This document shows positions 27,269-36,050 of a stretch of DNA of 64,000 nucleotides, in pieces. Both the position numbers and the translations under genes were made by a program. Origin of the DNA: a virus (lineage: Duplodnaviria; Caudoviricetes); IMG/VR virus record IMGVR_UViG_3300046615_000588, positions 37,396 through 101,395 of that record; one strand, given 5' to 3'. Numbering within the stretch: the first letter of the stretch is position 1; every line of letters starts with the position of its first letter. The notes beneath the pieces were generated by a model, which saw only the letters and a program-made list of their open reading frames with translations, was not told the DNA's origin and did not search any database.

Positions 27269-27946
27269 ATGGCGATGCTGGTCATCGGGGGGGTAAAGGG
27301 CGGCGTGGGCAAGAGTACGCTGGCGGAAAACGCCGTCGTCATGCGGGCGATCACGCTCGCAGGCCGCAAGAGGAAGGGGCGAAAGAAGCCGATCCTGCTG
27401 GTCGATGCCGACCCCACGCGCAAGGGCGTCAACAAGTTCCACTTGCGCCGCAAAGAGGCTGGCCATGAACCAGCCATCCAGTGCGAGCTAATGCTTGGCA
27501 ACGGCATCTACCATGACCTGCGCGACCGCCTGGAAGACTACGAGGACATCATCGTTGACTGCGGCGGCCACGACTCGCCCGAGATTAGGGGCGCGCTGAT
27601 GCTGGCCAACCAGTGGATCATCCCGACCCGGCCCAACCAGACCGACCTCGACTCGTTTGAGGCGCTAGAGGAACTGGCCGCGCTGATGCTGGCGACCAAC
27701 CCGACAATGCGCAACCGCGTCATGCTCAGCCAGGTGCGCGACCGCACCATCGACAAGAAACGCGCCGAATGGGAAACCGAACTGGCGCCGTTCCCGCTGT
27801 GCGGCGAGCTGATGACGGTCGGCACCACGATGCGCTCCACCTACGAGCTGACCCGAGGGTCGGGCCTGGCGGTGGTCGAATTTGCCGCCAAGCGCGAGAT
27901 CGCGCTGCGCGAAATGCAGCAGCTTAACCTGGAGATTTGGAAATGA
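27269..27946 (+). CDS. parA: ParA-family partition ATPase (short type Ib)
   Basis: Deviant Walker A KGGVGKST, LVDADP, IIVDCGG; no N-terminal HTH. Confidence 0.9.
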   Translation: MAMLVIGGVKGGVGKSTLAENAVVMRAITLAGRKRKGRKKPILLVDADPTRKGVNKFHLRRKEAGHEPAIQCELMLGNGIYHDLRDRLEDYEDIIVDCGGHDSPEIRGALMLANQWIIPTRPNQTDLDSFEALEELAALMLATNPTMRNRVMLSQVRDRTIDKKRAEWETELAPFPLCGELMTVGTTMRSTYELTRGSGLAVVEFAAKREIALREMQQLNLEIWK

Positions 27947-28419
27947 AGACCGACCACGCCCCGGCCGTCGCAGTAAAACAGAAACGCCCGCAGCGCGGCC
28001 TGGTGCCAACCGCACCGAAGCTGTCCGACAGCGAGCGCGAAAAGATCATGCAGGGCGCCAACGAGCGCCCGGCCAAGATCGACCTGTCGGTCCCTGCCAC
28101 CAAGCCAGCCGAGCCGGCAGAGCCAGCGCAGCAGCCAGTCGCCAAGGCGCCGGCAGTCGTCCCCGAGGCCCCGGCAGTAGCGGCCGAGGCGAGCGACCCC
28201 AACGCGCTGCCGGCCGGCCCATGGGACCAGGCCGACCCGAACGGCAAGGATATCCCGTTCCTGCTGCGCCTGCCGCCGCCGCTGCACGCCAAGATGACGT
28301 TCCTGTCGGCCCATCTGGTGCCGCACAAGGCCAAGCACCGCATGAGCATCGATATCCTGTCGGCCCGCTTCGACGAGCTGATTCGGCAATACTACGCACG
28401 AACGAGTACAAATAAATAA
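27943..28419 (+). CDS. ParG-like centromere-binding protein with C-terminal ribbon-helix-helix
   Basis: Coupled to parA; disordered N-terminus; IPFLLRLPPPLHAKM RHH-like strand-helix. Confidence 0.6.
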   Translation: MKTDHAPAVAVKQKRPQRGLVPTAPKLSDSEREKIMQGANERPAKIDLSVPATKPAEPAEPAQQPVAKAPAVVPEAPAVAAEASDPNALPAGPWDQADPNGKDIPFLLRLPPPLHAKMTFLSAHLVPHKAKHRMSIDILSARFDELIRQYYARTSTNK

Positions 28420-28481
28420 AGTTGCACAAAGCGCCAATGTTGCCTAGTATGCTTGCTATTTTTTAAACCAAAAGTTGCGCC

Positions 28482-28730
28482 ATGCCCGATCCACACATCG
28501 TCACCGAACTGTATGCCTTCATCGCCACCGAGGATCAGGGGGAGGGGATACCGGCGGTCCAGCTGAGCGGCATGATGATGCCCTTGGTTGGGGCCGACGC
28601 CGCCCGCGTCGAAAGCCTACGCCAGCTGGCGCAGCAGGTCGCTGACAACACCGGCCGGACGCTGACGCTGGCGCGCTTCGCGGTGCGCGAGAACATGGCC
28701 ACCATCACGCCGCGGAAACCCACGCCATGA
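28482..28730 (+). CDS. Hypothetical protein
   Basis: Native codon usage; ATGA coupling. Confidence 0.7.
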   Translation: MPDPHIVTELYAFIATEDQGEGIPAVQLSGMMMPLVGADAARVESLRQLAQQVADNTGRTLTLARFAVRENMATITPRKPTP

Positions 28731-29572
28731 CCGACACCACCATCACGCCGCGCTACACCATCCTCGACGACGGCACGGCGATCAAGTGCCACTACTGCAA
28801 CCTGGTCAGCCACAACATCGACGACGTGCGCCAGCGCTATTGTGGCAACTGCATGCGCTTCCACGAAGACGAGCCGCTGCCGATCCCGCCCCACATCAAA
28901 GCCATCGCCGAGAACATAGCGATGACGGCGCGCACGGAGATTTGCCAGGGCAGGGAGTTGGCGCCACAGATTTTCGTGCTGAATACCGCCAAGGGGCTGA
29001 TGACGTCGCCGACGATGCGCATGGGCGCCCCGGAGGAACGCGAACGCATGGCGCAGGAAACCCGGCTGCTGGCCGACGACATGGATGCCGACATTGTCAT
29101 CCTGCTGTCGGAGGCGTGGGCGCAGGCGGTGGGCTCGCCGGCGAAAATGGCGGCGCTGCGGGCGCAGTACGGCGGCCGCATCGCCAACATGCCGGACCGG
29201 CAGGAAATCCTGCTGCTGACGGTTGAAACGGTCGATCACTACTGGCAGGGCAAGGCACAGATCACCGGCACCGGCCTCGACCGGCGCTGCGGCGATGTGC
29301 GGTACGTGCTGGGCGACGACGAACACGGCCGCTTCACGCACTTCCTGGCCAGCCCCGCCGACAAGGCCCAGCTCGCCACGACGCTGGCCAACGTGCGTGC
29401 GATCCTCGATGCCAAGGGCGTCAACCCGGACGCCAAGGTCAATTACGATGGCACCAAGCGCGGGCGGCTCGACATTTTGCGCAGCCTGATGATCAAGAAC
29501 GGCCAGTTCGGGACCACCGACTTGCGCCTGCAGCTGGTCGCCGGCTTCCTGGCGTCGCTGGCCGAGGCGTGA
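28727..29572 (+). CDS. Hypothetical protein with N-terminal zinc ribbon
   Basis: CHYC...YCGNC. Confidence 0.7.
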   Translation: MTDTTITPRYTILDDGTAIKCHYCNLVSHNIDDVRQRYCGNCMRFHEDEPLPIPPHIKAIAENIAMTARTEICQGRELAPQIFVLNTAKGLMTSPTMRMGAPEERERMAQETRLLADDMDADIVILLSEAWAQAVGSPAKMAALRAQYGGRIANMPDRQEILLLTVETVDHYWQGKAQITGTGLDRRCGDVRYVLGDDEHGRFTHFLASPADKAQLATTLANVRAILDAKGVNPDAKVNYDGTKRGRLDILRSLMIKNGQFGTTDLRLQLVAGFLASLAEA

Positions 29573-29823
29573 TGGGCCAGGTGACTGCGCACATGGACAA
29601 GAACAACGGGCTGGGCCAGACCATCAAGGCGCTGCGCAAGCTGCGCGGCATGACCCAGGCCCAGCTGGCCGAGCGGGCCGGGGTCGAGCGCACCAGCATC
29701 ACCAACATCGAGCGCGGCAACCAGACCTTGACCGTCGTGACGATCAACGCGATCGCCGCCGCGCTCGGCTACCAGGTGCGCGTGCAGTTCGTGCTGGCCA
29801 AGCCCACGGAGTCATGCGCATGA
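29572..29823 (+). CDS. XRE-family HTH regulator
   Basis: IKALRKLRGMTQAQLAERAGVERTSITNIERG. Confidence 0.85.
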   Translation: MGQVTAHMDKNNGLGQTIKALRKLRGMTQAQLAERAGVERTSITNIERGNQTLTVVTINAIAAALGYQVRVQFVLAKPTESCA

Positions 29824-30008
29824 GCCTTAGCCCGCTACGCCTGTTTGCCCGCTTCGCCTTGGTGATGCAGCACGCAACAGGCGCGTATGCCGCATATGGC
29901 GCGCTGGTGATGTTCAATGAAGGGAAACCGCTACTGGCGTTGCTGTGCCTGTGCGGGGTCGCTATAACGGCCGCCCAGGTTGTACCCAAGGTCCCCGACG
30001 ATGACTGA
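29820..30008 (+). CDS. Small membrane protein
   Basis: Two hydrophobic segments; ATGA overlap. Confidence 0.5.
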   Translation: MSLSPLRLFARFALVMQHATGAYAAYGALVMFNEGKPLLALLCLCGVAITAAQVVPKVPDDD

Positions 30009-30024
30009 TTTTTGCATAACAAAT

Positions 30025-30052
30025 GTTTCGCATAATCAACATTATGTCAAAT
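30025..30052 (+). other. dif: dif-like XerC/XerD recombination site
   Basis: GTTTCGCATAA-TCAACA-TTATGTCAAAT fits the 11-6-11 dif consensus; intergenic and AT-rich. Confidence 0.85.
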
Positions 30053-30068
30053 TGATAATATTATATTT

Positions 30069-30332
30069 ATGATAACTGATGACTTGGATGATGTCCCCTT
30101 GCCGCCGGATGGCCACCCCGACTTCGAGCGGCCCATCACCATTGCCATGATCCACTCGGCGAACCTGTACGCCACCTGGTCGCAGCCGACGGTCGGCTGC
30201 GGCGAGTTCCACATCAGCCTGAACAAGGACGGCTCGATCACGGCCGACACCGAAATGATGGGCCGCGAGTGGCTGCGCCGCGCGCTGCACGCCGCCGTCG
30301 ATGTGCTGGTGGACCAGGCGGCGATCGAATGA
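30069..30332 (+). CDS. Hypothetical protein
   Basis: ORF with native codon usage. Confidence 0.6.
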   Translation: MITDDLDDVPLPPDGHPDFERPITIAMIHSANLYATWSQPTVGCGEFHISLNKDGSITADTEMMGREWLRRALHAAVDVLVDQAAIE

Positions 30333-30592
30333 CGCCGGACCCCGACCTGGCTGCCGGCGACATCATGCAGCTCAACCCCGACCCGGACGTCACGCGCAAC
30401 GCCATGTTCTGCGCCTGCATGTTCGTCGTCACCGAGCCGAAGCAGTTTGGCGCGCAGGGCTACGTGCAGGCGCTGGGCGAGAACGGCGAGCGCGGCGGCC
30501 AGGCTTACTACCGTGCCACCTGGGACGAAATGGAACCGACCGGCGGGCGCGCGGAATGGGTCCGCTCACACGGAGAAAACGAAAATGACTGA
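30329..30592 (+). CDS. Phage hypothetical protein (SH3-like beta)
   Basis: GDIMQL...VVTEPK.FG.QGYV pattern; ATGA overlap. Confidence 0.7.
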   Translation: MTPDPDLAAGDIMQLNPDPDVTRNAMFCACMFVVTEPKQFGAQGYVQALGENGERGGQAYYRATWDEMEPTGGRAEWVRSHGENEND

Positions 30593-31100
30593 CCACGACA
30601 CCGTATCCGGCCTCTGGAAGACGCGCATCACCGAGGCCAGCGCAGCACTCGCAAATATGATCGAGGCGCCGCACCTGGCCGGCTCGCGCGCGGTGATCGA
30701 ACAGTTCTTTGGCGAGGTCGAGCAGCTGGCCGCGGAAAGCGAGGACGACGACACCCTGCGCGACCGGCTTGCCGCTCTGCTGACCGGCGTGGCCGCTGGT
30801 CTGAAAGGGCCGCCGCGGCCGGACACCTTGCACGACTGGTCCGACCTGCCCGCCAAAGCCGAGGCGGCCCGCAGCCGGATCGCCGAGCTGGAAGCGCAGC
30901 TCAAGGCCACCAAGGAACACACCAGTGGCTTCGCGTGCTGGTGGGCGATGGTCGAGGCGCAGGAAGAACTTGGCGGCACGCCGATCAAGGACGACGCGAC
31001 CGTCCTGTACTTCATGGGGTCCGGCGCATCGACCGCCGTGCAGGCGCACGAAATACGCCGCATGCTCGGCACCATCTACGGATTGAAAGGATCGAAATGA
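30585..31100 (+). CDS. Hypothetical protein
   Basis: GGAG SD; HDWSDLP motif. Confidence 0.7.
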   Translation: MTDHDTVSGLWKTRITEASAALANMIEAPHLAGSRAVIEQFFGEVEQLAAESEDDDTLRDRLAALLTGVAAGLKGPPRPDTLHDWSDLPAKAEAARSRIAELEAQLKATKEHTSGFACWWAMVEAQEELGGTPIKDDATVLYFMGSGASTAVQAHEIRRMLGTIYGLKGSK

Positions 31101-31312
31101 AATTGTGGGACCTGTCCAGGGGCAGCTACTTCAAGATTACTGGCGGGCTGCGCGTGCCGCTGGGTGCGCCGTCGGTTGACGTTGACACCGTCTACTGGCT
31201 GGGCAACCTGGACGGCATGTACTCGTACTGCACCGCGCCCGACGGCACCGTCGTGCATGTGTCGTGCGACGCCGATGTCATCCCGCAACCGAACCCGAAG
31301 GAACCAACTTGA
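31097..31312 (+). CDS. Hypothetical protein
   Basis: NLDGMYSYC motif; ATGA overlap. Confidence 0.7.
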   Translation: MKLWDLSRGSYFKITGGLRVPLGAPSVDVDTVYWLGNLDGMYSYCTAPDGTVVHVSCDADVIPQPNPKEPT

Positions 31313-31698
31313 CATTCCGCGTCCCCGAAAAATTCCGCCTGCGCACCGGCCCCTATGCCACCTCCGAAGCCGACGGCAACAACGGCGTGTTTTGGGTGCT
31401 GCTGCCGCGCAGCCAGAAGCTCAAGGTGCTTGCCTCCGACGGCGGCATGCCGGGCGAACGGGCGTGGGAGCACGTTTCGGTGTCGCGCAAAGACAGGTGC
31501 CCAACATGGGAAGAAATGTGTATCGTCAAATCGCTATTTTGGGACGACGACGACTGCGTGGTGCAGTACCACCCTCCCCGCGCTGATTGGATATCAAATC
31601 ATACCTATTGCTTGCACATGTGGCGCCCGGTCGGCATCGAGCTGCCGCGCCCGCCGTCGATGATGGTCGGCATCGCCGACCTGGGGACGCTGGTATGA
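31309..31698 (+). CDS. Conserved phage protein (WEHVSVS...PTWEEM...HxYCLHxW family)
   Basis: Recognisable motif set; AAGGA SD and TTG start. Confidence 0.8.
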   Translation: MTFRVPEKFRLRTGPYATSEADGNNGVFWVLLPRSQKLKVLASDGGMPGERAWEHVSVSRKDRCPTWEEMCIVKSLFWDDDDCVVQYHPPRADWISNHTYCLHMWRPVGIELPRPPSMMVGIADLGTLV

Positions 31699-31871
31699 AC
31701 GTGAAGCGCTGGTGCCTCGTCGGCGTCATCCTCAACCTGGGCTGCGCCGTCAACGACCTGTGCAACCCGGCCGGCTGGTGGTCGTACCTGTTCGGCGCGC
31801 TGTCACTTGGCTGCGCCGGCGTGTGCGCGTGGGCGTGGATCGCCGTCAGCTTACCCAAGGAGTCACCATGA
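31695..31871 (+). CDS. Small membrane protein
   Basis: Two hydrophobic helices; coupled on both sides. Confidence 0.6.
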   Translation: MNVKRWCLVGVILNLGCAVNDLCNPAGWWSYLFGALSLGCAGVCAWAWIAVSLPKESP

Positions 31872-32089
31872 ACGCCTCGCTTGCGCGCCGGCTGCGGTTC
31901 ATCGACTTCCAGCTCGACCACTACGGCAGTATCAATCGGGCTGCCCTGATGGACTATTTCGGCCTTAGCCCGGCGCAGGCGTCACGCGATATCAAGGCAT
32001 ACAAAGAGGCCGCACCCGGCAACATGACCTTCGACGAAGGCTCGAAAATCTACCTTCGCAGCCACGCTTACACCAGGAGCTTCCCATGA
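31868..32089 (+). CDS. Stand-alone CapW-like winged HTH without WYL domain, copy 1
   Basis: RLRFIDF.L...G.INR..LMDYFG.S..QASRD...Y...APGN..FD...K.Y; AAGGAG SD; 73 aa. Confidence 0.8.
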   Translation: MNASLARRLRFIDFQLDHYGSINRAALMDYFGLSPAQASRDIKAYKEAAPGNMTFDEGSKIYLRSHAYTRSFP

Positions 32090-32319
32090 CCGGCCCGCGC
32101 AACGCCGCCCAGCAGGCCCGCCTGCGCTTCATCGACTTCCTGCTCGACCGCTTCGGCATGGTGAACCGCACCGACATTACCGACTACTACGGCCTGTCGG
32201 AGCCGCAGGCATCGCTCGACTTGCGCGCCTATAACGAACAGGCACCGGCTAACATGCAGTTCGACAAAACGGACAGGTGCTACCGCCGCAGCGCCACCTT
32301 CACCAGGAGATTCCCATGA
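32086..32319 (+). CDS. Stand-alone CapW-like winged HTH without WYL domain, copy 2
   Basis: Paralog of copy 1; AGGAG SD; 77 aa. Confidence 0.8.
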   Translation: MTGPRNAAQQARLRFIDFLLDRFGMVNRTDITDYYGLSEPQASLDLRAYNEQAPANMQFDKTDRCYRRSATFTRRFP

Positions 32320-32651
32320 GCGACGACGATTCCCCCTTTGCCATCGGCTTCTTCGGCCCGGCCCACATGATGAAGGACTACGAGCGCCAAGTCGCGCCGC
32401 CGATCGGACAGGCCTGCCTGCTGTGCGAGGAAGCAATCGCCGAGAGTGACATCGGCACCATCAACCTGGCCGGCCAAGTGGCGCATTACGAGTGCGAAAT
32501 GCGCCTGGGCATCGGCTCGGTGGGCCACCAGTTGCGGCGCTGCAGCTGCTTCGGCGGCACCGAAGAAGACCCGCCCGGCATGTCCCGGCGCCAGGCCGCG
32601 CAAGCCGCGTGCGCGCTGTGGCTCCGCAACCAAGCGGCCGCCGCAAAATGA
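32316..32651 (+). CDS. Cys/His-rich hypothetical protein
   Basis: CLLC, HYEC, GH...CSC; AGGAG SD. Confidence 0.7.
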   Translation: MSDDDSPFAIGFFGPAHMMKDYERQVAPPIGQACLLCEEAIAESDIGTINLAGQVAHYECEMRLGIGSVGHQLRRCSCFGGTEEDPPGMSRRQAAQAACALWLRNQAAAAK

Positions 32652-32780
32652 GTCGCTGGCGGGGGAACCATTCCGACCCAACCGCGCGCGTCAAGCTGCT
32701 GCGCGGTGAAGCGGCACGCCAGGCGCAACAGGACTACCAACACATAGCTACACCAATCACACTAACCGAAGGACACACAC

Positions 32781-33026
32781 ATGCAAGTCGATTACCTCGC
32801 CCACTACCGCAAACTACGCGCCGAGATCGCCCGGCTGGAGGACGAGGCGCTGGACGCGCAACGGATGGCGCGCACCCAGGCCACCCAGCAAATACTGGCC
32901 CTGATGCAGGACGCCGGCATGACCCTGGCCGACCTTGAAGCGAAGCCGCGCGCGCCGTGGGGATCGAAAACACGCGGCGGTGTGCCAACGGCCGCCTTGG
33001 CAAATACGAATGAAAGCGCGGCATGA
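32781..33026 (+). CDS. Truncated H-NS-like protein (oligomerisation domain only)
   Basis: N-terminal coiled coil ending M...GMTLADL; lacks the TWxGxG DNA-binding motif. Confidence 0.65.
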   Translation: MQVDYLAHYRKLRAEIARLEDEALDAQRMARTQATQQILALMQDAGMTLADLEAKPRAPWGSKTRGGVPTAALANTNESAA

Positions 33027-33325
33027 GTACCGTCAGTGAAGTACAGCAAATTCAGAAGCAGATCGCCGACCTGCAAGCACGCGCGGCCCTGCTCATCATG
33101 GAGGGGCGCGACGACGCCATCGCGCAGATCAAGACCATGCTGGCCGACTACAGCATCGGCGCCAGCGACCTCGGCCTGGTGCTGAAAGCGCCGCCGCGCA
33201 TACGCCCGCCAAAGTTCCGTGACCCGGATTCGGGCGCCACTTGGACAGGCCAGGGAGTGGCGCCGAAGTGGATCGAAGGGAAGGACCGCGAGGCGTTCCG
33301 CATCGTCGAGGTGCCAGCCGCATGA
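33023..33325 (+). CDS. hns: H-NS family nucleoid protein
   Basis: PPKFRDPDSGATWTGQGVAPKWI. Confidence 0.85.
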   Translation: MSTVSEVQQIQKQIADLQARAALLIMEGRDDAIAQIKTMLADYSIGASDLGLVLKAPPRIRPPKFRDPDSGATWTGQGVAPKWIEGKDREAFRIVEVPAA

Positions 33326-33672
33326 ACAAGCCGCTGTGCGAGCTAACCCACGCGGAAGCGCTGGCGGCGCTGCAGGCGGCCGAGAGCAAAATCACCGAGC
33401 TGACGGCCGCGAAGGCGCCGGCGGCCCGGCGTGCGCGCAGCCTGCGCCGACCAGATGACGCCAATGCGCTGCCGCTGCCGCAGCTGTATCACGTCATCAT
33501 GAGCGAGATCAGCAGGCTGATGAGCCTGCCCGAAGCGGCGCTTACGCCAGCCGAGGAAGCGCTGCTCGATGCGCTGGTTGACGTGGTGATGGTGTACGAA
33601 CAGAGCCACTTGCCCGGCTGGCTGTTCCCCGCAGTTGCGGCTTCACCACCAGAGGATGACGCTAGAGGGTGA
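33322..33672 (+). CDS. Hypothetical protein with a HigA N-terminus-like segment
   Basis: ISRLM...TPAEEALLDALVDVVMVYEQSHLP; no HTH. Confidence 0.55.
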   Translation: MNKPLCELTHAEALAALQAAESKITELTAAKAPAARRARSLRRPDDANALPLPQLYHVIMSEISRLMSLPEAALTPAEEALLDALVDVVMVYEQSHLPGWLFPAVAASPPEDDARG

Positions 33673-33934
33673 TCTTCTCGGACCACCGCGCCGCAGCGCA
33701 CCAGGCGTCGAACTCGTCCCAATCGGCGGCGCGGGCGCGTGCCAGCCATGCGTCGAACGCCGGCCGGCTCTGTTGCGCGGCAGAGCCATCAACATGCCGG
33801 TGCGCCAGCGATGCGCACCAAATACTCCAGCCGGTAACGCGCGCCGTTTTTGGCAAGCTACGCCACTGATCGAAGGCGGTCTGTTCCTTGGCCGGCAGCG
33901 ATGCCAATTCTGGTGGAGGGTCGTCCTCGTCCAC
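33662..33934 (-). CDS. Hypothetical Trp-rich protein
   Basis: GTG 2 nt after the upstream stop; internal AFDxW repeat. Confidence 0.45.
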   Translation of the reverse strand: MDEDDPPPELASLPAKEQTAFDQWRSLPKTARVTGWSIWCASLAHRHVDGSAAQQSRPAFDAWLARARAADWDEFDAWCAAARWSEKITL

Positions 33935-33936
33935 CG

Positions 33937-34461
33937 CTATTGGCCAGGCCGGCGCATGCCGGCGATCTCGCCGATGGGCACGGCGTCGCAAACATTGAAG
34001 GTGACGCCCATCTTGCCGTCCAGCTCTTTGGCCAGGTCGCCGACGAAACAGATCACCGCGTTGACGTCGGCCGTCATACGAAACGCGGATATGACCTTGT
34101 CGCGCAACGGCGTCTTGCCCACGGCGATGCCGTGAAAGACCAAGGTGTGCAGAAACTCGCCGTCGGGGCCGTACAGGTAGGGCAGGCGCAGCAGCGCTTC
34201 GCACGCGCCAACGCCAGCCGGCGTCAGGTGCGGGACCGGGTGGCCCGACCCGTCGGGGTCGGGGATCAGCTCACCGCCAGACCAGCAGCAGTAGCGGATG
34301 GTGTTGTCAACCTCGACCTCGAACACGGTCATGGTTACGTCCAAGTCAGGCGCCCAGCCTTGCGCGATGCGCAGCTGCTGCTCCGTCTCGGGCGTTGGCG
34401 AGGCGCCGATGATGAGTTTCGATCTCAAGGCGCTGGCTGCGGGGGTACGTTTTGTTCTCAT
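33937..34461 (-). CDS. Hypothetical protein co-transcribed with rep
   Basis: ATGA overlap with the rep stop. Confidence 0.7.
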   Translation of the reverse strand: MRTKRTPAASALRSKLIIGASPTPETEQQLRIAQGWAPDLDVTMTVFEVEVDNTIRYCCWSGGELIPDPDGSGHPVPHLTPAGVGACEALLRLPYLYGPDGEFLHTLVFHGIAVGKTPLRDKVISAFRMTADVNAVICFVGDLAKELDGKMGVTFNVCDAVPIGEIAGMRRPGQ

Positions 34462-35093
34462 TCTTCTTCATCGGTGTCGGTGTGAGTAACAGCCTCAACA
34501 GGGCCTGGAGCAGGCGCCCGGTCCTGATCACGCAGGCGGTACTCCTGCACGAACGCCAGGCGATCGCCGTTCCAAATGAAATCGGGGTTCACAAAAAACC
34601 ATCCCTGCGTCACCATGGGGGCGATGAAATTCTTATCCTTCAACTCGCGCACGCCACGCGAAAAGGTCGCCGGACTCAAGTCGGGGAAAATCGCCTTGTC
34701 CAGATGCGTGTGGCTAAGGAAGATTTGATCCACACCCATCTGCTTCTGCATTTCCATGTAAAGGACACCGAACAACTTGGTCCCAGCGCTGGTCAAGTCG
34801 GCCAGGCCCTTGACGCCATTGATGTACAGCTTGATGAATTGCGTCTTATCGACTTGCTTGGTTTGCCAGAAACCGGCCCCGCCCAGCACCTCGCCGCTCT
34901 TTTCGCTAACGACGAGCATGCGATCGTTATCTTGGCTGGTGATACGCTTGACCCCGCGATTGGTATTGGCCACGGCCGTCTTCAGAAAGGGATTAGACTC
35001 GTACACGATATCGCCGCGTCGTGTCTTGAGAACGGCGGGCGCGGCAGGCGGGATAGGTTTCATGACAAGTTTGGAATTTGGAAACCTTTGCAT
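34458..35093 (-). CDS. RepL-type plasmid replication initiator (winged helix)
   Basis: NPF, VDKTQFIKLY, LTSAG.KLF, LS.ATFSRG..EL and VNPDFIWNGDRLAF motifs. Confidence 0.8.
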   Translation of the reverse strand: MQRFPNSKLVMKPIPPAAPAVLKTRRGDIVYESNPFLKTAVANTNRGVKRITSQDNDRMLVVSEKSGEVLGGAGFWQTKQVDKTQFIKLYINGVKGLADLTSAGTKLFGVLYMEMQKQMGVDQIFLSHTHLDKAIFPDLSPATFSRGVRELKDKNFIAPMVTQGWFFVNPDFIWNGDRLAFVQEYRLRDQDRAPAPGPVEAVTHTDTDEEE

Positions 35094-35099
35094 TAAACA

Positions 35100-35345
35100 A
35101 CATCACATCAGCATTGTCAATCAGAATGGTCGGTTTTTTGATGAATCATTTCTCACGAGATGAAAGATAATTCTTCAAAGAGTTCGATCAATTTGGATGA
35201 TTTTTTGAGGCGCGCTCTTTCACCGTTTGAAAGAACTTCGATCAAAAAAAACAGTAAACTGAAAGAGTAATTGCAGGAACTGAAAGTTTAGTTTCAGTTC
35301 CTGCAAATTGAAACATCGCAACGTATTGATTATATTCAATATTTT
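35100..35345. promoter_or_regulatory. AT-rich origin/promoter region of the replicon
   Basis: 15-bp inverted repeat TTGCAGGAACTGAAA-6nt-TTTCAGTTCCTGCAA at 35271-35306; TTCGATCAA twice. Confidence 0.65.
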
Positions 35346-35681
35346 ACCGCGCCCCTTCTTACGTATTGTCTTATACCCTCCCCAGCCGCCACTTCGGCAA
35401 TCTCACTGACGCGCGCGCTGCGCTTGTCGGCCCACCGATTTGCTGCGCAAACCGGCACGCCTGCTACGCGCCGGGGCCGCGAAAAAAAGGCCGACCCCGG
35501 CCTGCCCGCCGCGCCGTGCTGCACGCGGTCCTGGTGGGCGCGCGCCAGCGGGGCGGTCCTTCGCTTTAGCGCCCTGATCCCCGTTCAGGGGATCACGACC
35601 ACGCCACCCTGGCGGACCGGACGGCCGACCCGGCCGGGCCGACCAGCCAGCGGCCGGTGCGCACCGTCTTTTCTGCTTCTC

Positions 35682-35752
35682 CCCTATGGGCGCCAGCCCA
35701 TCACTTGTTGTTGTTCCTGGTGTTCCCTATGGGCGCCAGCCCATCACTTGTT
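35682..35752. repeat. 28-bp direct repeat, each copy containing a hairpin
   Basis: CCCTATGGGCGCCAGCCCATCACTTGTT at 35682-35709 and 35725-35752. Confidence 0.9.
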
Positions 35753-36050
35753 CCCTTTTTTCAGGGGCGCAGCCCCTGCGCGACGCGCGCCGCGCGGGGG
35801 ATTGGGCGCGCGCGCAGCTGGGTTTTGTCCCAAAATAGCAACTACTTGGTGAATACACAACATCTACACAAAATCACAATGCCCTGTACAATAGTTCGCT
35901 TTTTGCTTTGGGGCATCATTCATGCGCGCCGCGATGATTGTTACTTTATTATTAAAATTGGTATTTTCCTCAGTGTCTTTCATTTAATTTTGTGTGTATG
36001 GTTTGCTTTATGTCAATACACAACCCTTTTTCACACGCGAGTGGAACGCC

